Shown piece by piece: positions 34,488 to 34,895 of a stretch of DNA of 34,895 nucleotides; position 1 is the first letter of the stretch; each line of letters begins with the position of its first letter. A program made the position numbers and the translations under genes. Source of the DNA: an uncultured Clostridia bacterium (lineage in GTDB: Bacteria; Bacillota; Clostridia; Oscillospirales; CAG-272); assembly GCA_944384555.1 (NCBI GenBank), contig CALWTV010000267.1, positions 1 to 34,895 of the forward strand. Reading direction: 5' to 3'. The notes beneath the pieces are model-generated. The model saw nothing but the letters and a program-made list of their open reading frames with translations. It ran no database searches and had not been told where the DNA came from.

Positions 34488-34609
34488 TAGAATAATAAAT
34501 TAAGTATGCGCCGATTTGGATATTATTGTAATTTAAATCGGCACATACTTCAATTTGCAAATGTTTTGAATTATTATTTTTTATGAAAGGTGCTAAGGGT
34601 GATATATAA

Positions 34610-34895
34610 ATGGCAGACATGAAAATGCTTGCAATTGACCTCGGAGCTTCAAGCGGACGTGGAATTATAGGCGGCTTTGACGGTGAAAAAATTACGCTTG
34701 ATGAAATCCATCGTTTTCCGAATGAGCCCGTTATGACAGCCGGAAACTTTAACTGGGATATTCTGCGCATATTCCATGAAATCAAAAATGCAATTCTCAA
34801 ATGCTCAAACAGCGATGATGAATCTGTACGCAATCTTTCCAGTATCGGTATAGATACTTGGGGTGTTGACTACGGTTTTATCGATAAACGCGGTG
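34610..34895 (+). CDS. rhaB: rhamnulokinase, 5' partial (runs off the window)
   Basis: Open frame from ATG 34610 translated by hand: MADMKMLAIDLGASSGRGIIG...EIHRFPNEP...NWDI...SIGIDTWGVDYGFIDKRG. It matches RhaB hallmarks (DLGASSGR, HRF.N, GIDTWGVD). GGGTG RBS 9 nt upstream. It is absent from the ORF track because no stop lies within the window. Confidence 0.75.
   Translation, partial: MADMKMLAIDLGASSGRGIIGGFDGEKITLDEIHRFPNEPVMTAGNFNWDILRIFHEIKNAILKCSNSDDESVRNLSSIGIDTWGVDYGFIDKRG

Noticed and set aside
34414-34833. 139-aa minus-strand ORF at the right end of the window.
   Set aside because: It lies antisense to an open plus-strand frame with unmistakable rhamnulokinase motifs and a good RBS. 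Its own translation has no recognisable features.
1-34895. Mobile elements, CRISPR arrays, prophage or defence islands.
   Set aside because: I saw no transposase, integrase or recombinase-like ORFs, no regularly spaced direct repeats, and no terminal inverted repeats flanking gene blocks. Gene content is housekeeping or metabolic with conserved synteny.

Overview
AT-rich Firmicutes (Clostridia-type, spore-former) chromosomal window, mostly housekeeping and metabolic genes. I saw no rRNA, tRNA, CRISPR array or mobile element. Gene order, left to right:
- 84-3649: Gfo/Idh/MocA oxidoreductase, endonuclease IV (nfo), and an orphan solute-binding lipoprotein.
- 3727-9380: EamA transporter (-), type II pantothenate kinase, M28 aminopeptidase (-), a DUF5050-like lipoprotein, and a HAD-IIA phosphatase.
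- 9472-13284: two secreted lipoproteins (a tandem GH20b-like-domain protein and a DUF4358-Ig-DHHW/AlgX-like fusion), then a LysR regulator.
- 13.4-22.6 kb, a redox/hydrogen block: rex, adhE, a small APH/choline-kinase-fold kinase, two tandem thioredoxin-like [2Fe-2S] ferredoxins, a PAS-containing sensory [FeFe]-hydrogenase (HydS, HfsB-like), a SpoIIE/PP2C phosphatase, and a monomeric [FeFe]-hydrogenase.
- 22617-26729 (- strand): mgtE behind a long structured leader, a GNAT acetyltransferase, a small Cys-rich protein, and ylbJ.
- 26887-34339: the conserved yqfC-yqfD-phoH-ybeY-era-recO block and mutS2.
- 34610 to the window end: the 5' end of rhamnulokinase, an open-ended ORF missing from the supplied track.

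Most interesting:
1. The hfsABCD-like H2-sensing module sits beside rex-adhE, and the window contains no recognisable phospho-substrate or output protein.
2. The catalytic hydrogenase of that module carries a single in-frame TAA, while conserved sequence continues in frame across it.
3. The GC-enriched mgtE leader (about 240 nt) has long-range helices and Shine-Dalgarno (SD) sequestering alternatives. By eye it lacks the conserved M-box motifs.

All family assignments come from motif and pattern recognition by eye. No database search was run.
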